NCBI GenBank assembly: GCA_964035545.1
Contig: OZ037765.1
Location: forward strand, 27,899,504-27,963,503
Reading direction: 5' to 3'
Origin: Bugula neritina
Taxonomy: Eukaryota; Animalia; Bryozoa
DNA length: 64,000 bases
The stretch's first letter is position 1; every line of letters begins with the position of its first letter. The position numbers and the translations under genes were made by a program. Shown piece after piece: positions 42,310 to 55,399 of the stretch. The notes under the pieces are model-generated. The model was not told the origin of the DNA, made no database searches, and saw nothing but the letters and a program-made list of their open reading frames with translations.

Positions 42310-43528
42310 CTAAAGCTCATCATGTTCAAATTTTTCATCAGTGTTTTCATATTTCAAAACCGCACTGTTTTCTGCTTTTGGAGTAAAGGTTTGATCAAAA
42401 TAAATAGGTTCATCTTCTACGTCATGTCCAACTTCGTCTTCGCTAATCCCATAACGTAGTTGACTAACATCAATATCAGGCAAATCTCCTCCGGCTCCAG
42501 TGTACAACATGGCATTTAGTGAGTGTAGAAGCTGAGAATGGCTATCATATTTCTCGTTCTCCAATTCACTTTCATCATCATAACCTACTTCTTCTGAATC
42601 TACATATTCATACCCTCTAGGTTTAAACTGATCACCACCTGTATAATTTGATATAGTTTTTTATAATGTTGATAGCTTACGTACTGACAAAAACAACTAA
42701 GCAGGGCTATTGAACTAGACAGCTGACATATATATTTTCTTTACAACCAACTTACTAGAAAAGCTAGCAGCTTACTTTTAAAAAGCAGTATATGCATACA
42801 TTAATATGATAGCCTATAGGAATGCAAAACATTTACTGACTGGTGAAATGCATGCTGGGATGCTTGGTGGGCTCATAATGTAAGTTTATTAGATTTATAA
42901 CATAAGTTCTGGGACAGAACTTGCTAAGGGCATTAAAATAATGATAATTATTTGTTATTTCCTACAATAGTAAGTTGGCTAGTGCAATGTTACTTTGAAC
43001 ACTAAGAGACAATGCATGCAGTATCTACACTCTATAACAGCCTGCATGTCCCTGGTTTGTAGCTACTTTCCCGAGCAATCTGGCAGTTTTGATGTGAGGA
43101 ACACATAAATAGGTATGTGCAATCTGGCTTGTATTTTATAATAACTCCTTTGAGCTACTTGGTTTGAAATACTTTCTAATTATTAACATGTTTACCGCAA
43201 TAAGTGTTTGTGCTGCATTATTTCATTATCTGTAATAGTTAAAAAACCTACTTTATAGACTATTTTATTTTAAACACCACCTTCGAAGCCTTCAACATTA
43301 TAAATTTCATTACCAATTGCATTTTACTGTGCTACTAGCAACTATAAAGGCTATTTTATCAGACAGCTAACTATGTACCAATCTTTCCAGTGTATAATAT
43401 GCACCGTATCTTGTAAGTTAAATGTGGCAGCAAAGTCTAAATATAAATTTACCTTTTCCAGTTGCTAATCTAACAGTCAAAATTAGCAAAATTCCAAAGG
43501 AACACACATAATACGCTATGACTGACAT
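42310..43528 (-). CDS. Small acidic secretory-pathway protein with signal peptide and C-terminal HDEL, 134 aa, 2 coding exons
   Basis: Exon 43528-43453 (MSVIAYYVCSFGILLILTVRLATGK, donor G|GTAAAT) joins in phase 1 to exon 42638-42310 (acceptor ATACAG; GGDQFKPRGYEYVDSEE...DEKFEHDEL*). Total 405 nt. Confidence 0.72.
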
Positions 43529-44259
43529 TACGCTACAAGTTTGCAGGTAAAGTAAGTTTAGGGAGTTTAGCCGCTGCAGGTAGTTGACTAAATACAGCAA
43601 ATTTTACGCATCATTTGAAAACGTAATTATCCTATCAAATAGCATAAAGATGTGGGCACTAAAGATTGTAATAACTGATACGCAGGCCTCTAATATACTT
43701 CTATGAGCCATTAAATATCTCTCCCAACTAGATTGTTTTTGTAAAGTTTTAGGCTTCAACATGTAGTCTTTAAGTGTATAGTTATTTAATGTCCAATAAG
43801 GACCATATCTTTAAATAATAACTCTACTACTTATACAATAATTTTATATCATTAAGACCGGTATCAATCTACTACAGTGCTAAACCCTTTTGTTTTTTTT
43901 AGTATAGTTTATGCAAATTGTATTAAACACAGATTAAGTTAAATCTAGCTACACTACAAGTCTAGACTCTAGAGCTAATAGCATTACTTAAACCATTTAT
44001 ATATCACAAGTTATTTATCAAGCAATAAAAGCAACATAATAACCAAATAAAACCTAACTTATAAAGTCATTAATAAAATAAGTAAATAACTACAAAAATA
44101 TACATACAAACAGATTGTGGGCGTCAGCCAAGCATGCTGAATAAAGTACATTAAATGTTAATCATTAGTGGCTTTACTAATTCTATTATGTACAACTGTT
44201 AAATAAACATGTATAATTTTTACAAAAATAATAATCTAGTTGAGATTGTGTGAATACGA

Positions 44260-47033
44260 TCATTTTCTTGATAGTAAATTTGTCCAAAACGTGCTAGCTG
44301 CCAAACTGTTGAGGGCTAGAGAAGTTTGGGATGGGTCTGATAGAGGGGGGAAAACTCCATAAGACTGGTTAAATAGTCCAAATGACGAGCTCGCTGATAC
44401 AATCGGAGATGATTTGGCCTTGAATTTTTCTATTTCTGCCTCTTGTAGCCTCTTTTCTTTTGCTCTTCTATTTTGAAACCAAATCTTTACCTTTAAAAAA
44501 CAGAGTTATATCAACTTATTATGCACGTTTATGAAGGCTTAGATTATGTCAGCTTTAATACTACTACGTAACAAGCGGAGCAAGTTATTAAATATGCCGT
44601 TGGCTTATGATCATGCAGAGCTAATTTATGGCTTTGCTAACATTGAAAGCCATGATGAAATTTTTATAAGTTTTGATAGCACAGTGGCGCCATTGCATCA
44701 ATAGCTTTCACATCAAGTTTTAATATATTTCTTTGATCCCATTAATAATAGTAAAATCTAACTGCTATGATTAATTTACCACTTTTATTTATAGCCATCA
44801 TTAATCATTGTAATATTGCAAATTGGGAATAAAGCAATTCATTGTTATTAAACTCGAGTCATTGAGCTGATACACGGCCAATTAGAGACATTAAAACATA
44901 CATAACGCAACACCACACAAAACATTTTATGAATAGCAGAGGCAGACAGTTTGTATTGTTATTAGTTTCAAAAAAAAGAATTAGCCGCCAATATTTCCTA
45001 ATAAGAGCTAATTGCTTTAGTTTTTTTATATTTGTGCACCAATATTATTAATATTCTTCTCACCTTTACAGTATTTCTCAAAGCACCATCATTTTAAACA
45101 TCTTTTGATTATCACAATTAAAAAGCTTTAAATCTTTAATGTATAAAAATTTCACGCTACATGAAATTATATTAGTTCAATGCAGTATACGTACATTTGA
45201 ATTATTATTTTGAATCAGCTTGTATAATCTTAATCAGATTTTGGAATAGTTTTGCATTCCTTGTATGCACTACTGATTAATTTCCTTTTTTGTGTAAATA
45301 CTCTAGGTTGTATAATTGGTCTAGTTCTCACCATTATATGTAGACTAGAAAGATAATTGGCTCATGATTATTATCATAATGCCTTTGAAGAGCAAAGATT
45401 AATCTCCAAGTTATTGAAATTCCAAATTAGTTAAATTGATAATTGATAGTTTTTTAATTAGTTACCATGGCTGAGTCAAATATACATGATTGAAATGCCT
45501 TTTATTGTAATCAATTTGACTTAGCTGACTTAAAACTGCATTTACTGTACTCTAATATAAAAAAAACCAATTACAGCTATAGTTGGCTGTCACAATTAGC
45601 TTGATTGTAATTTTTATAGATGCCTACCTGAGTTTCTGTTAAGTTGAGTGTTTTAGAGAACTCTGCCCGCTCAGTGATAGATAAGTACTGTTTACTAGTA
45701 AATTTCTTTTCTAACTGTACTAATTGCTGAGTGGTAAATGGGGTCCTTGGTTTCCTATTTGATTTGTGCTTTCTCAGTGTACATTTTCCAGGCTGAATTG
45801 ATTGTTGACTGTCACAAGATGTTCCTAGAACAAAAATTAAAATAGTGTATACTATATTATAAGCTTCAAAGCATTTGCAAATAGATTAACAGGGACACAC
45901 TAATATAAAAAGGTTTGACACTAATTTTATATTGATTCCCTAAATGACCTATTATGTTGACTAATGAAATATTGCATTGTTTCATCTTAATCCTATCCAA
46001 TGACATATAGTTAGACGTCTTTTGGATACCAGAATGTATTGCAAATTAATTGCATATACAATCTAGTAATCTTTTTGTAATCCTAGAAAAGGAATACAAT
46101 TGAAGCCATCAGCAAGAAAAATAAGCTACAGTATGTTGTGCATTGACCTACTGTTTAAAAATGCTATTACTAATTATAAAACAGTTTACCAAGTTTGCTA
46201 GTTCTCTTATAGCATTGATTTCTATCAACAAGTGATCAAAAATTAATCCCTATGTGTTTTGCATAGTTATCAACTAATCACTGTTTTGATAGCATTTGTG
46301 AATATCTGTAAAAATAATTTTTATTTTAACAGATAAAACTAGTTTTATTTATTACTGGGAAGCAACTACTATTGTAGACTTTACTGGCAGTATGATAAAA
46401 CAGCAATAAGGAATGTTATAATAAAGCTACTGATTAAATCTAACATTACAAGCAATGGTAGTTGTTTGCCTACACTAATCAGTCTTGCACCTATACTTAC
46501 AGTCTTACACCTACACTAATCAGTCTTACACCTACACTAATCAGTCTTACACCTACACTAATCAGTCTTACACCTACACTAAACAGTCTTACACCTACAG
46601 TCGAACACATACATTGATCCATCCATATTATTCACTTACTTGATTGTTGCTGTGCAGTTGAAGAGATTAGTGATGAGACTGGAGGACTAGTCATTAAATT
46701 GGCAGACATGAGCCAAGGGTAGAGAAATGCGCTGTGTGGAAGCTGTGCGGCTGTGTGTCTCACAAAGTTAGCACGTTGTTGTGCTGCTGCTGCCATTGAT
46801 AATGATACTGCGTCTGTTGCTGAGCTTTGGTCGACAGAAATATCACTTCCAGGAGAAGATCTTCCGGAAGTATCACTTGTTTGATCTAGCAGCTCATCTT
46901 TTTGTTCCGTGATAGTGGAGGTTTTTCTTTCTAGATTTTCTATTTTGGTTTTTGAAAGCAAAGAGTCGACACTAAAGTTGAGCTTCTTAGTTGGTGAAGC
47001 AGAAGGTGATACCTGCAGTGGTTGAGATTCCAT
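44260..47033 (-). CDS. Msx: Msx/msh homeobox transcription factor, about 273 aa, 3 coding exons
   Basis: Exons 47033-46640, 45824-45628, 44490-44260 (822 nt). eh1 motif FSVDSLL, YPWL motif, and [52 protein letters not shown]|[22 protein letters not shown]. Confidence 0.96.
46469..46599. repeat. 21-bp minisatellite CCTACACTAATCAGTCTTACA, about 6 units, in Msx intron 1
   Basis: Directly visible tandem array about 40 bp from the exon 1 donor. Confidence 0.92.
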
Positions 47034-49667
47034 TGTGGAGCTCACAGTAAAATATGAGAAGTCTCAAGTCTTCAATTTTGATGCTCACCATACGAAATCA
47101 GGATTATGTGTGAGAGGCAAGTCTCTTTGACATAAGCAGATATAATGATAAAAGCAATCTATCAAGTGAACACCAATTATTAAATCAATCAACAAGACAT
47201 TATGTTCACAAGATACAATTATTATAAACTGACAATTAATGAATGTTTGAAAGCAAACTTGTTTCCATGGCAATAGTATGTTAAGCAGATTTTTATCCAA
47301 TAGCAATTCAAGTCTTCTATGAGCTTTAGATTCAATCACAAGTGAACTGTATCTATTACACATGTAAAAAAATACACATTCCTTCGTCAATTGGCTAAAT
47401 TTTTATTATTTAAATTCTATGCTATTGTACACATCTACACATAAAAAAGACCCTATAAACTGTTGCAGTATTATTTCTATTCACCACATTTAAAAAATAA
47501 AAGATAGTTGAATCAACATAAATGCAATAGTATGTAGCTATTAGAGCAAACTAATAAAATATAGTCAGTGCGGAGGAAATATACTTGAAATATGTGGCAA
47601 AGTATACCAAGAATTTAAGTAAATTTCAACCTTGGTTTTGATTACACTATATGATACATAAAAAAGTTTCAACCAAATATTAGGACATTGCAACTTTACT
47701 CAAAACACTCTGATTTCTTACCAAAGGTCCCATATTCTGCTGCTGATACCCTATATAATGATATTGGTAGGTAAGGCAAGAGTACAAAAAGACTGACAGT
47801 CAAGCTGTTTTTAAGTTTATTTCACTAGCTGATTGATTGTCACCAAAATACTAATGGGTGGATTATGCAATACACTAGCTCCAAGTATGGTGAGAGGTTT
47901 CCTGTAGATTCCTGTGGCTGATGTAGGCTGAATGCATAGTTACTTATGATAAACTGAAAGATATTTTGTAGACTGGAAATTCATTTGATGGGAATATTTT
48001 TTTCAATCATGACTTCAGCAAAATTTAATGAAACTGTAGGCCTGTTTTTATTGAAACATAAAACAGCTTTGTAAATTATCAATATAAACTATCAATATAA
48101 ACTATATAGCTAGTACCTAAAATTTGCACACAGGTTTGTGCTAGTTGACTGACAACAATGGTTTAGACCAGTAAGAAAAAGGAGAAGTGCAATATAATTT
48201 TACATCTTCTAGACTTTTCCCCAAGAGCTACTACTTCAATCTATTAGTTGTGTTTGCAATATAAAAAAAACTATTCAAAAGTTTTGTTAAATGTGTGTAA
48301 TTTTAACCAAAAAAATACATAAGACAGTAACACTGAAGAAACAGAAATGCAAATAAGTTTGTGGATACAGACTGATTGCAGGAGTAATGGAGATATACAG
48401 AATAGGATACTACTCAGTACTCACATTACTATATAGATTTGTCAGGTTCACCTTATCTGTCATACACATCAAGTATCAACACAATAATAATTAAAAAGCA
48501 ATAAATAGCTTTTTAGTACACATTTATGAAAAATCCTTTTTATAAAATGCTTTTGATTAGATTATGCATCAATGAAACAAAAATATTTGAACATGAACTT
48601 GACAAAAAATTATGCAGCCATATGTTCAAAAAATATCTCTAGGCTGTAAAAGCATGGGGGGGGGGTAGAGGTATGTGCAGGTTTGGTGAATTCGAAAGAT
48701 ATTTAATACTCATACTTGTGGTTGTCAAAATTGACATTTTTAACCTACACTTCAAACCCAAAGATATAGATCTAATATAAGAAATAAAGCACTGGCATAT
48801 CTTGTGCACATATTATTGTATACGATAGACTTAAATGGATTGATGCTGGCAGGCTATAATGGGCTACACAATTTATATGATATAGTAGAACTTTCAATAA
48901 TTTATATTTCATAATAATATAGAGTAATATATGTGCTAAAATATAGTAATGCATATGCAGTATTCAGTAATACACATCTAAGGCCAATTAGTATAATATA
49001 TACTATATAAATTAGAAAAACATTTCAATATTGTATAAGTTAGACCAATACTAAACCAAGGCAGAAAACTAACCACCGCTACAAGCTAGTATTAGCAAGA
49101 ACAGCTTTTAAGAAACTTATACTTTGACGCACTAAGGCATTATTTAAGGTTACATAAATTGAAATACGTATCAATTATTAGTAGGCTACCCTGTCCCAAA
49201 TACAAACGAGTTTTAGAATGTTGGAAGTGGAATCAAGAGTAATCAAATGCACTATCACCCTAGCTCTTTTATCCCTTCACTTATACTTCTTCTGTAAACT
49301 GCAATAAAACTATTTAATTATCTGATAGTAGGATAAAACTATTAGAAATAAAGCTTGTAAAATTAATAGTTTAGTTAATAACAGCTTTATGCCATTTGTA
49401 GTTACTTTATTATACCATTTGTTGTTACTTTATTATATCATTTGTAGTTACTTTAATAACATACTGAGTGTCATTTGGTTACAATCCAGTGTTCATAACA
49501 ACCTCTGTAAATATATTTTACTAGGCTTTTAGTTGATTGCATTATATCTCTTCCTTAATTTTCTAAAATCTTAGCATGCATTGTACAATATGCAACTCTA
49601 ATATCCTGGTGTTATCAAAACATAACGAAATGGAGTAGCTCTGAATAAAACTTTCTTAGATAAGCTA

Positions 49668-49992
49668 TACAATCTACCAATACTATACTGTATAATCTAC
49701 CAATAATATACTGTATAATCTACCAATAATATACTGTATAATCTACCAATAATATACTGTATAATCTACCATTAATATACTGTATAATCTACTAACAATA
49801 TACAGTATAATCTACCAACACTATACTCTATTATATTGTATAATCTACCAATATTATACTCTCTACTGTATAATATACCAATAATATACTACATACTGTA
49901 TAATCTACCAATACTATACTCTATAGTCTATAGAGTCTATACTGTATAATTTACCAATAATATAATACATACAGTATAATACTACCAACATA
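49668..49992. repeat. 23-bp minisatellite TATAATCTACCAATAATATACTG with degenerate later units
   Basis: Directly visible tandem array upstream of Msx. Confidence 0.9.
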
Positions 49993-52900
49993 ATAGGATA
50001 TATTATGTACTTCATAAGTGAAACTTTACTATAAATCAACCCCAATCTCATATTATTTTAGGCAAACTGAAATGAATAATTTTGCTTTTTATTGTGTTAA
50101 TTATAGTTACTTCACTTCAGTTTTAGTTGATAGGTAGGTAAAAAATGAGGTGCTAGAAATCTAGGCAAGCCAATTTAAATCATTAATCTGTTGCCTCCTG
50201 TTACATAACTTGAGCTGTCGAATGTCAATTATAACTTGCATTATTTCATCTAATTTATCTTTAAAAACAATAAAATTACTTCTGTCATATCATAGCCCAA
50301 AAAGATGACAAGGTGTAGGGACGTGTAACACTTATACTTTGAGTAGCAGATGGAGTATTACTAATATAGAATCAAAATGGCACTTGATTTAAGCTATCAT
50401 TGACGTTTCAGTGGTGTAATTTAACCAATTTGACCACCAACTATTCTGAGGTATAAAAACATGTCAACTAATCTTGCCAATCTGTAAAAACAATCAAAGG
50501 TATTATTAAAATTTCAAGAAAAGATTTTCCCAATACATAAATAAACTCAATATAAAAAGATACAATGCAAATGTTTTCTCGACAAATATTGGAACTTTTA
50601 TAATTGGAGTAAAAATGTATATTATGTTGATGAGTTTATCTTGCAGTTTAGTCATCATTTGTAAATTGTGTATCCGGTATTAGTTATTCCAAAATTATTT
50701 GACATATTTTATAATATAACATCTGATTATGGTAATTAATATATTTATACAATTACCATGGTAATTGTGTGAATTTTATAATTCACAGACTGTTACATTA
50801 TTCCACATGGTGCCATCCTAAGCTACTATCTTTGGTAATAACAACCAGGATTACCCATGTTTAACATTGTAAGCATGCTGATGGCATGGCTAATGTTTCT
50901 AAACTTAAGCGGTAGTTGTAAGAAAACTTTACATAATGCAATGCAGGCGTACTTGACTGCTTGCTTTAGTATCGTTGCATTGCATTTAGAAATCTACAAA
51001 ACAGAAATAAATACAACAGGGTACGAGAAACTGCCATACATTTAAAAAGTTCGTTTTCTTGACTACTTTAGATAAAGAAGTGATTTATAATCCATAAAGT
51101 TTATTAACACTAAAATTGGTCACTAGAGTTATAGATTAAAAGTTGCCGTTGGTAATAACTTATCCATCTCACACGGATACCATCAAATAATTCCACCAAG
51201 CTCCAATAGTCAAGAGAAATTTTAAGTGGCACCTAATTATATTTCAACAATAAATTATCAAAAAGATTTTTATTAATAGCACTTAATCTTGGCAATCAGT
51301 GCTATTAAATTTTAATTTTTGATATGTTCCTTAATAGTATATAATAATTCAAATGCTTTATTGCATCGGAATCCTGAAGACTGCAGTGGAAACATACATG
51401 AAAGGGTGTCTGTAGATCTACGAGTAATTTATTACTATACTCAGTCGCCTTCAAAATTTAGTAGCAGTCAGTCAGTCATGCAACTTGAAGATGATTTTAA
51501 TTTTTATGATTTTGGAAAAAAACATCTAACTTCTCGAGTGCATAACATTATTATATTACAACATGGAAATTTATGCTTTTATTTAAAAAAAAGTATTGGC
51601 AATTGCACATTTGTCTAGACTAAAAATTAAAGTATTGCTTAAAATGTTTTAGATTCAAATGTCTACATGATATAAAACATATGGCCTGAAAAAATACCTT
51701 TTTGAACTAAAACCCTTTCCAATTGTGTTGCAGCAACTTTGGTTATTCTGCAATAAGAAATATTTAGATGACCTAAAATTGTTGTTATGTAAAAAGATTA
51801 TAATTGTTATAGAGAAGGAATATAGTTTTCATAAGTCTTTAAAAGAAGTTATTTCATTTTTGGCTGTGTGGTAGATTGAAGTTTTTCATATATCGTGCTG
51901 AAATCATCGAGAGCTGAGCCTAGCATAGAGAGTCATTCTAATAAGAACTTAATAATTGTTTTTCTAAGTTATGTAGCTTACAGACTGCTTCAATGCCTTA
52001 AGATTGCTACCAGCTCATTGGCAAAAGAAAGGCAATAAATTGTGGTGAAGAAAAATCCAGGACAGTTTAAACCAAAACTATTCAGATAAAATTTGCTGGG
52101 TGAAATGCGGGAGGTTTTTTAACAAAATCTAACAATGCGTCGCTATAATATGGTAATTGAAGCTATTGTAGCTTGCTAGTGCTATATATCACAGGCTGTG
52201 TTTACATTTACCAGAGAAGTAAGAAAATGAATTCTTAGCATTTTAGAGTTAAACAAAAAGTCAATTTACAAAAATCTAATTGGCCATTATATTTGGAACA
52301 ACTATTATCTCACGATTGAAACAAAAAATGCATTAAATTAATCTGTTACTCGTTAAAATTTGAAAAGTCTGGGAAAGAACGCCGATAGTCAAAATGTAAA
52401 AAGTTTAAATAGCGGAGCCTAACGCAATTATTATTCAAGAATTTAAAACTCAGTGTCTATTTATACAATCCAGGACAGCAAACACCTCGACATCACTGGT
52501 CAACCAGAGATCTGTTTACAGGACAAGTGTAGGTTGAGAGGAAGTGTCCATCATATAGCCAGCCCGCAACAATTACATAATAAGTATGCTAGTCAGGTAG
52601 AAAACATTATGATAATTGCATCTTTATTTAATGCATAGCTGATGATATTACCATAATACCGTGGAGACTAAACCAGTGGCAGTTCTTCTTTTACATACAA
52701 GTTTAATAAGTGGACTGGTTGATGCTTATGAGGAAATACTTAATGATATTTGAGAAAAATGTCAAAGGTAAAAAATTGTGAAAGTATAAATGCAACTTTA
52801 GTCTATGGGCAATTAATCTAGTAAAATTAACCCTTAGTGCAATTTAGCTCAACAACTTAACACACTTATTTAAGAAATGAGTAAATATATTGTTTTCTTG

Positions 52901-53439
52901 ATAAATAACAATGATTTATAATTAAAAATTATTACGAATTAGTTTTATATAGCTTTAGTAGATTTCAAAGTCTTTAATGCTTCAAATAAAACTCATATGC
53001 TGGTTGATGAAGTCTTCAAAAAAATTCTCTTTTCAGAATATGAGTGTCAAGGCATTCAGTTTGTTTTATTACAGCATCTCCAGTAAAATATTCTCTAATA
53101 TTTTTGCTGCTTAAAAAATTGTGTTTAGAAAACCACTTGGTTTCCCAAGCACCATTTCCTAAACGCTGTATGATCTCATGGCTGCAATTAGGAACACCAA
53201 TTTTAGACTCTTCAGCTTTTATCTACAAAGAGAAAAGTTATTAAGCCAATTGATTATTATTAAATTATTTTAAAGCTCTAAAAACAAACAAAATATACGG
53301 AGCTTATTAACAGCATGCTTAATTTATCTGTTACAAATTACAGACTAAAAGTAAGAATGTAAGCATCTACCTGTAACTTGTAATAAGTTTTCTTATGTCA
53401 TCAACTTTGTCGTGGGTTAAGCTTATACGTCAGGTTGTA

Positions 53440-53660
53440 TTAGTACCTAAATGTGCTATACCTTCTATAGGAGGTATAGCACGCTATACTGTGAAGCGGA
53501 AAACAAAGATATAAATGGGTAGTGTCAACATTTTGCTACTAATTACAATCCTGGCACCAACCATACTGAAAAGTTCACACTGACACCTTCAGATCAATAA
53601 AAATTTGGGTCTACAAAGAAAACCTTCACTGAAAATTGGATTGCTATAAAAGCTATAAAA
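53440..53660. mobile_element. Possible non-autonomous Helitron/Helentron remnant (extent uncertain)
   Basis: 30-bp near-perfect palindrome GTGCTATACCTTCTATAGGAGGTATAGCAC at 53453-53482. On the minus strand it is followed 9 nt later by CTAA|T (CTRR|T). Confidence 0.3.
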
Positions 53661-55399
53661 TTTCTTCACATTTACCAAAGAGATATGATTATAAAAAGAT
53701 TCAATTGCCTAATGGTGTATGTAGCTACTTCAACATCAAAAATCAACAAATATTCTCTATTCTACGCTCCAAGATCAAAGCACTAATTTAGTCAAAGTCT
53801 AATCAGTTATATTATATTAAAATACCTATAATTTCTAACCTTTCAAATTTATCTTTAAAAGATCTTATCTGTATAGCATACTATCACAATTTGATATTCC
53901 AATTATGAATATTAATATTAAGTCAGCGTTTAGGTTAGCGTCAGTTTGCTTAATTGTTAAGGCTTAGCAACTTGAGAGTAGCTTAACTTTCATTTAAATT
54001 GCCACTAAAGCATCAGATATATGCTATCATTGTTTTTATACTGCAACTAATTACCTTGTGACCATGGAAATTAGGAGCTATATCTGCTCATATCTGATTA
54101 AATGACTCCATTTTTCAGTAATTGCTTTTATCTGTATAGCATTATACAGTCAAGTTCCAAAGTAGATGTACCACATGCTTTATAGGTGTCATTAACACCT
54201 GAGAGAATTGTTAGGTCAATGCTTGTTGAAGGTCATGACTAAGTTTAGATGTGAAAAAAATAACTGTTTTATCTAAATAAAGTGAGGAGTTTTTCCATCC
54301 TCACTTTAAAACCTTTCTGTTTAGTAACCAAAGCCCTAGGGCTTTCGAAACACATCAATTATCTGTTGAACTACATCCTATAAATGGCTAATAAAACAGA
54401 AAGAAAAAGCCTCATTCGTTTGTTGTTGAAGTTAGAAACCATTCTGTTTGTGCGCACTGCAGTTTAGATTTGAAAGCTTAAACTTTACCCGAGGAGAGCT
54501 AGTATAGTAATGCACCAAGTAGAAATGGCATGCGAGCATGCTACCACGCTAATTTATTAGGAATTAGTATAATCAGTTACTGCATTAAAAAGAATTAAAA
54601 AGCAAATTATTGTGGCTCACAGAGGAGACTGCTACCTATATTATCGATCTATATTTAAAAAGTTTTTGTTGGAAAGTATTTCATTTCAGTCATTATATTT
54701 GGCTGATATAAATATTACAAATTAGACTATTGGCTACAAGCTATCATTTTTTAAAATAATTATGTACATAATTATTTAAAAAAAATCAATATGCAGTAGA
54801 ATTATGTCCAGTTAATCTATGATCACACTGTTAGTCTGCCATATTATTTGTACTGTCTCCAGGACAACCATGTTTCTTGTTATAAGTTGAAACTTTTTAT
54901 AGCTGCCATGATAAACAGAAACATTCAGCTTAATTTACTTTGTTATGTTACTGTTTACAGTACCAACAAAGGTCTCATGATAAACAATAAGCATTCTTTT
55001 TAACAAAATCTCTCTATCTACAACACTGAACACATAAGCTGGTAATAATTTGTGTTTATTGCTAGAATGATAGGCCATTGACAAACATAATAATTGGGTA
55101 ATAATTACCAATACATACCATACTAAACAAAATCTTACAGGCTTACTGGTAGCTGTTTACAACATAAAATTAAATTATAAGTTTAGAGAGTAAAACCACT
55201 CAGTTTAGAGTCAAGGTAGACTCTTCCCATACTTGTTGGAATGTGAGAATTTATTCATTAACTTTTAATAAAAGATACAGGCAGTTGTTTAAGACAGTTT
55301 GCAGCACTTGGGACGAGCAATCCCCCTTCCTTATTCATATAATTAGGCAGAAATACTTTTTATAGCTGAATTTATTATTATATAGATTGTGTACTCTGG

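Noticed and set aside
42310-43528. Neuropeptide precursor interpretation of the small gene
   Set aside because: There are no dibasic cleavage sites or repeated amidated peptides, and the terminal HDEL argues for ER retention.
49668-49992. CRISPR-like array (also considered for 46469-46599 and 55890-56235)
   Set aside because: Head-to-tail repeats without unique spacers, in a eukaryotic locus with no cas genes.
51273-51308. microRNA hairpin (TTAATAGCACT..AGTGCTATTAA, superficially miR-29-like)
   Set aside because: The stem is only 11 bp and AT-rich, and the seed does not match.
54325-54355. Penelope-type hammerhead (palindrome followed by CGAAAC)
   Set aside because: The CTGANGA core is absent upstream; at best a decayed remnant.
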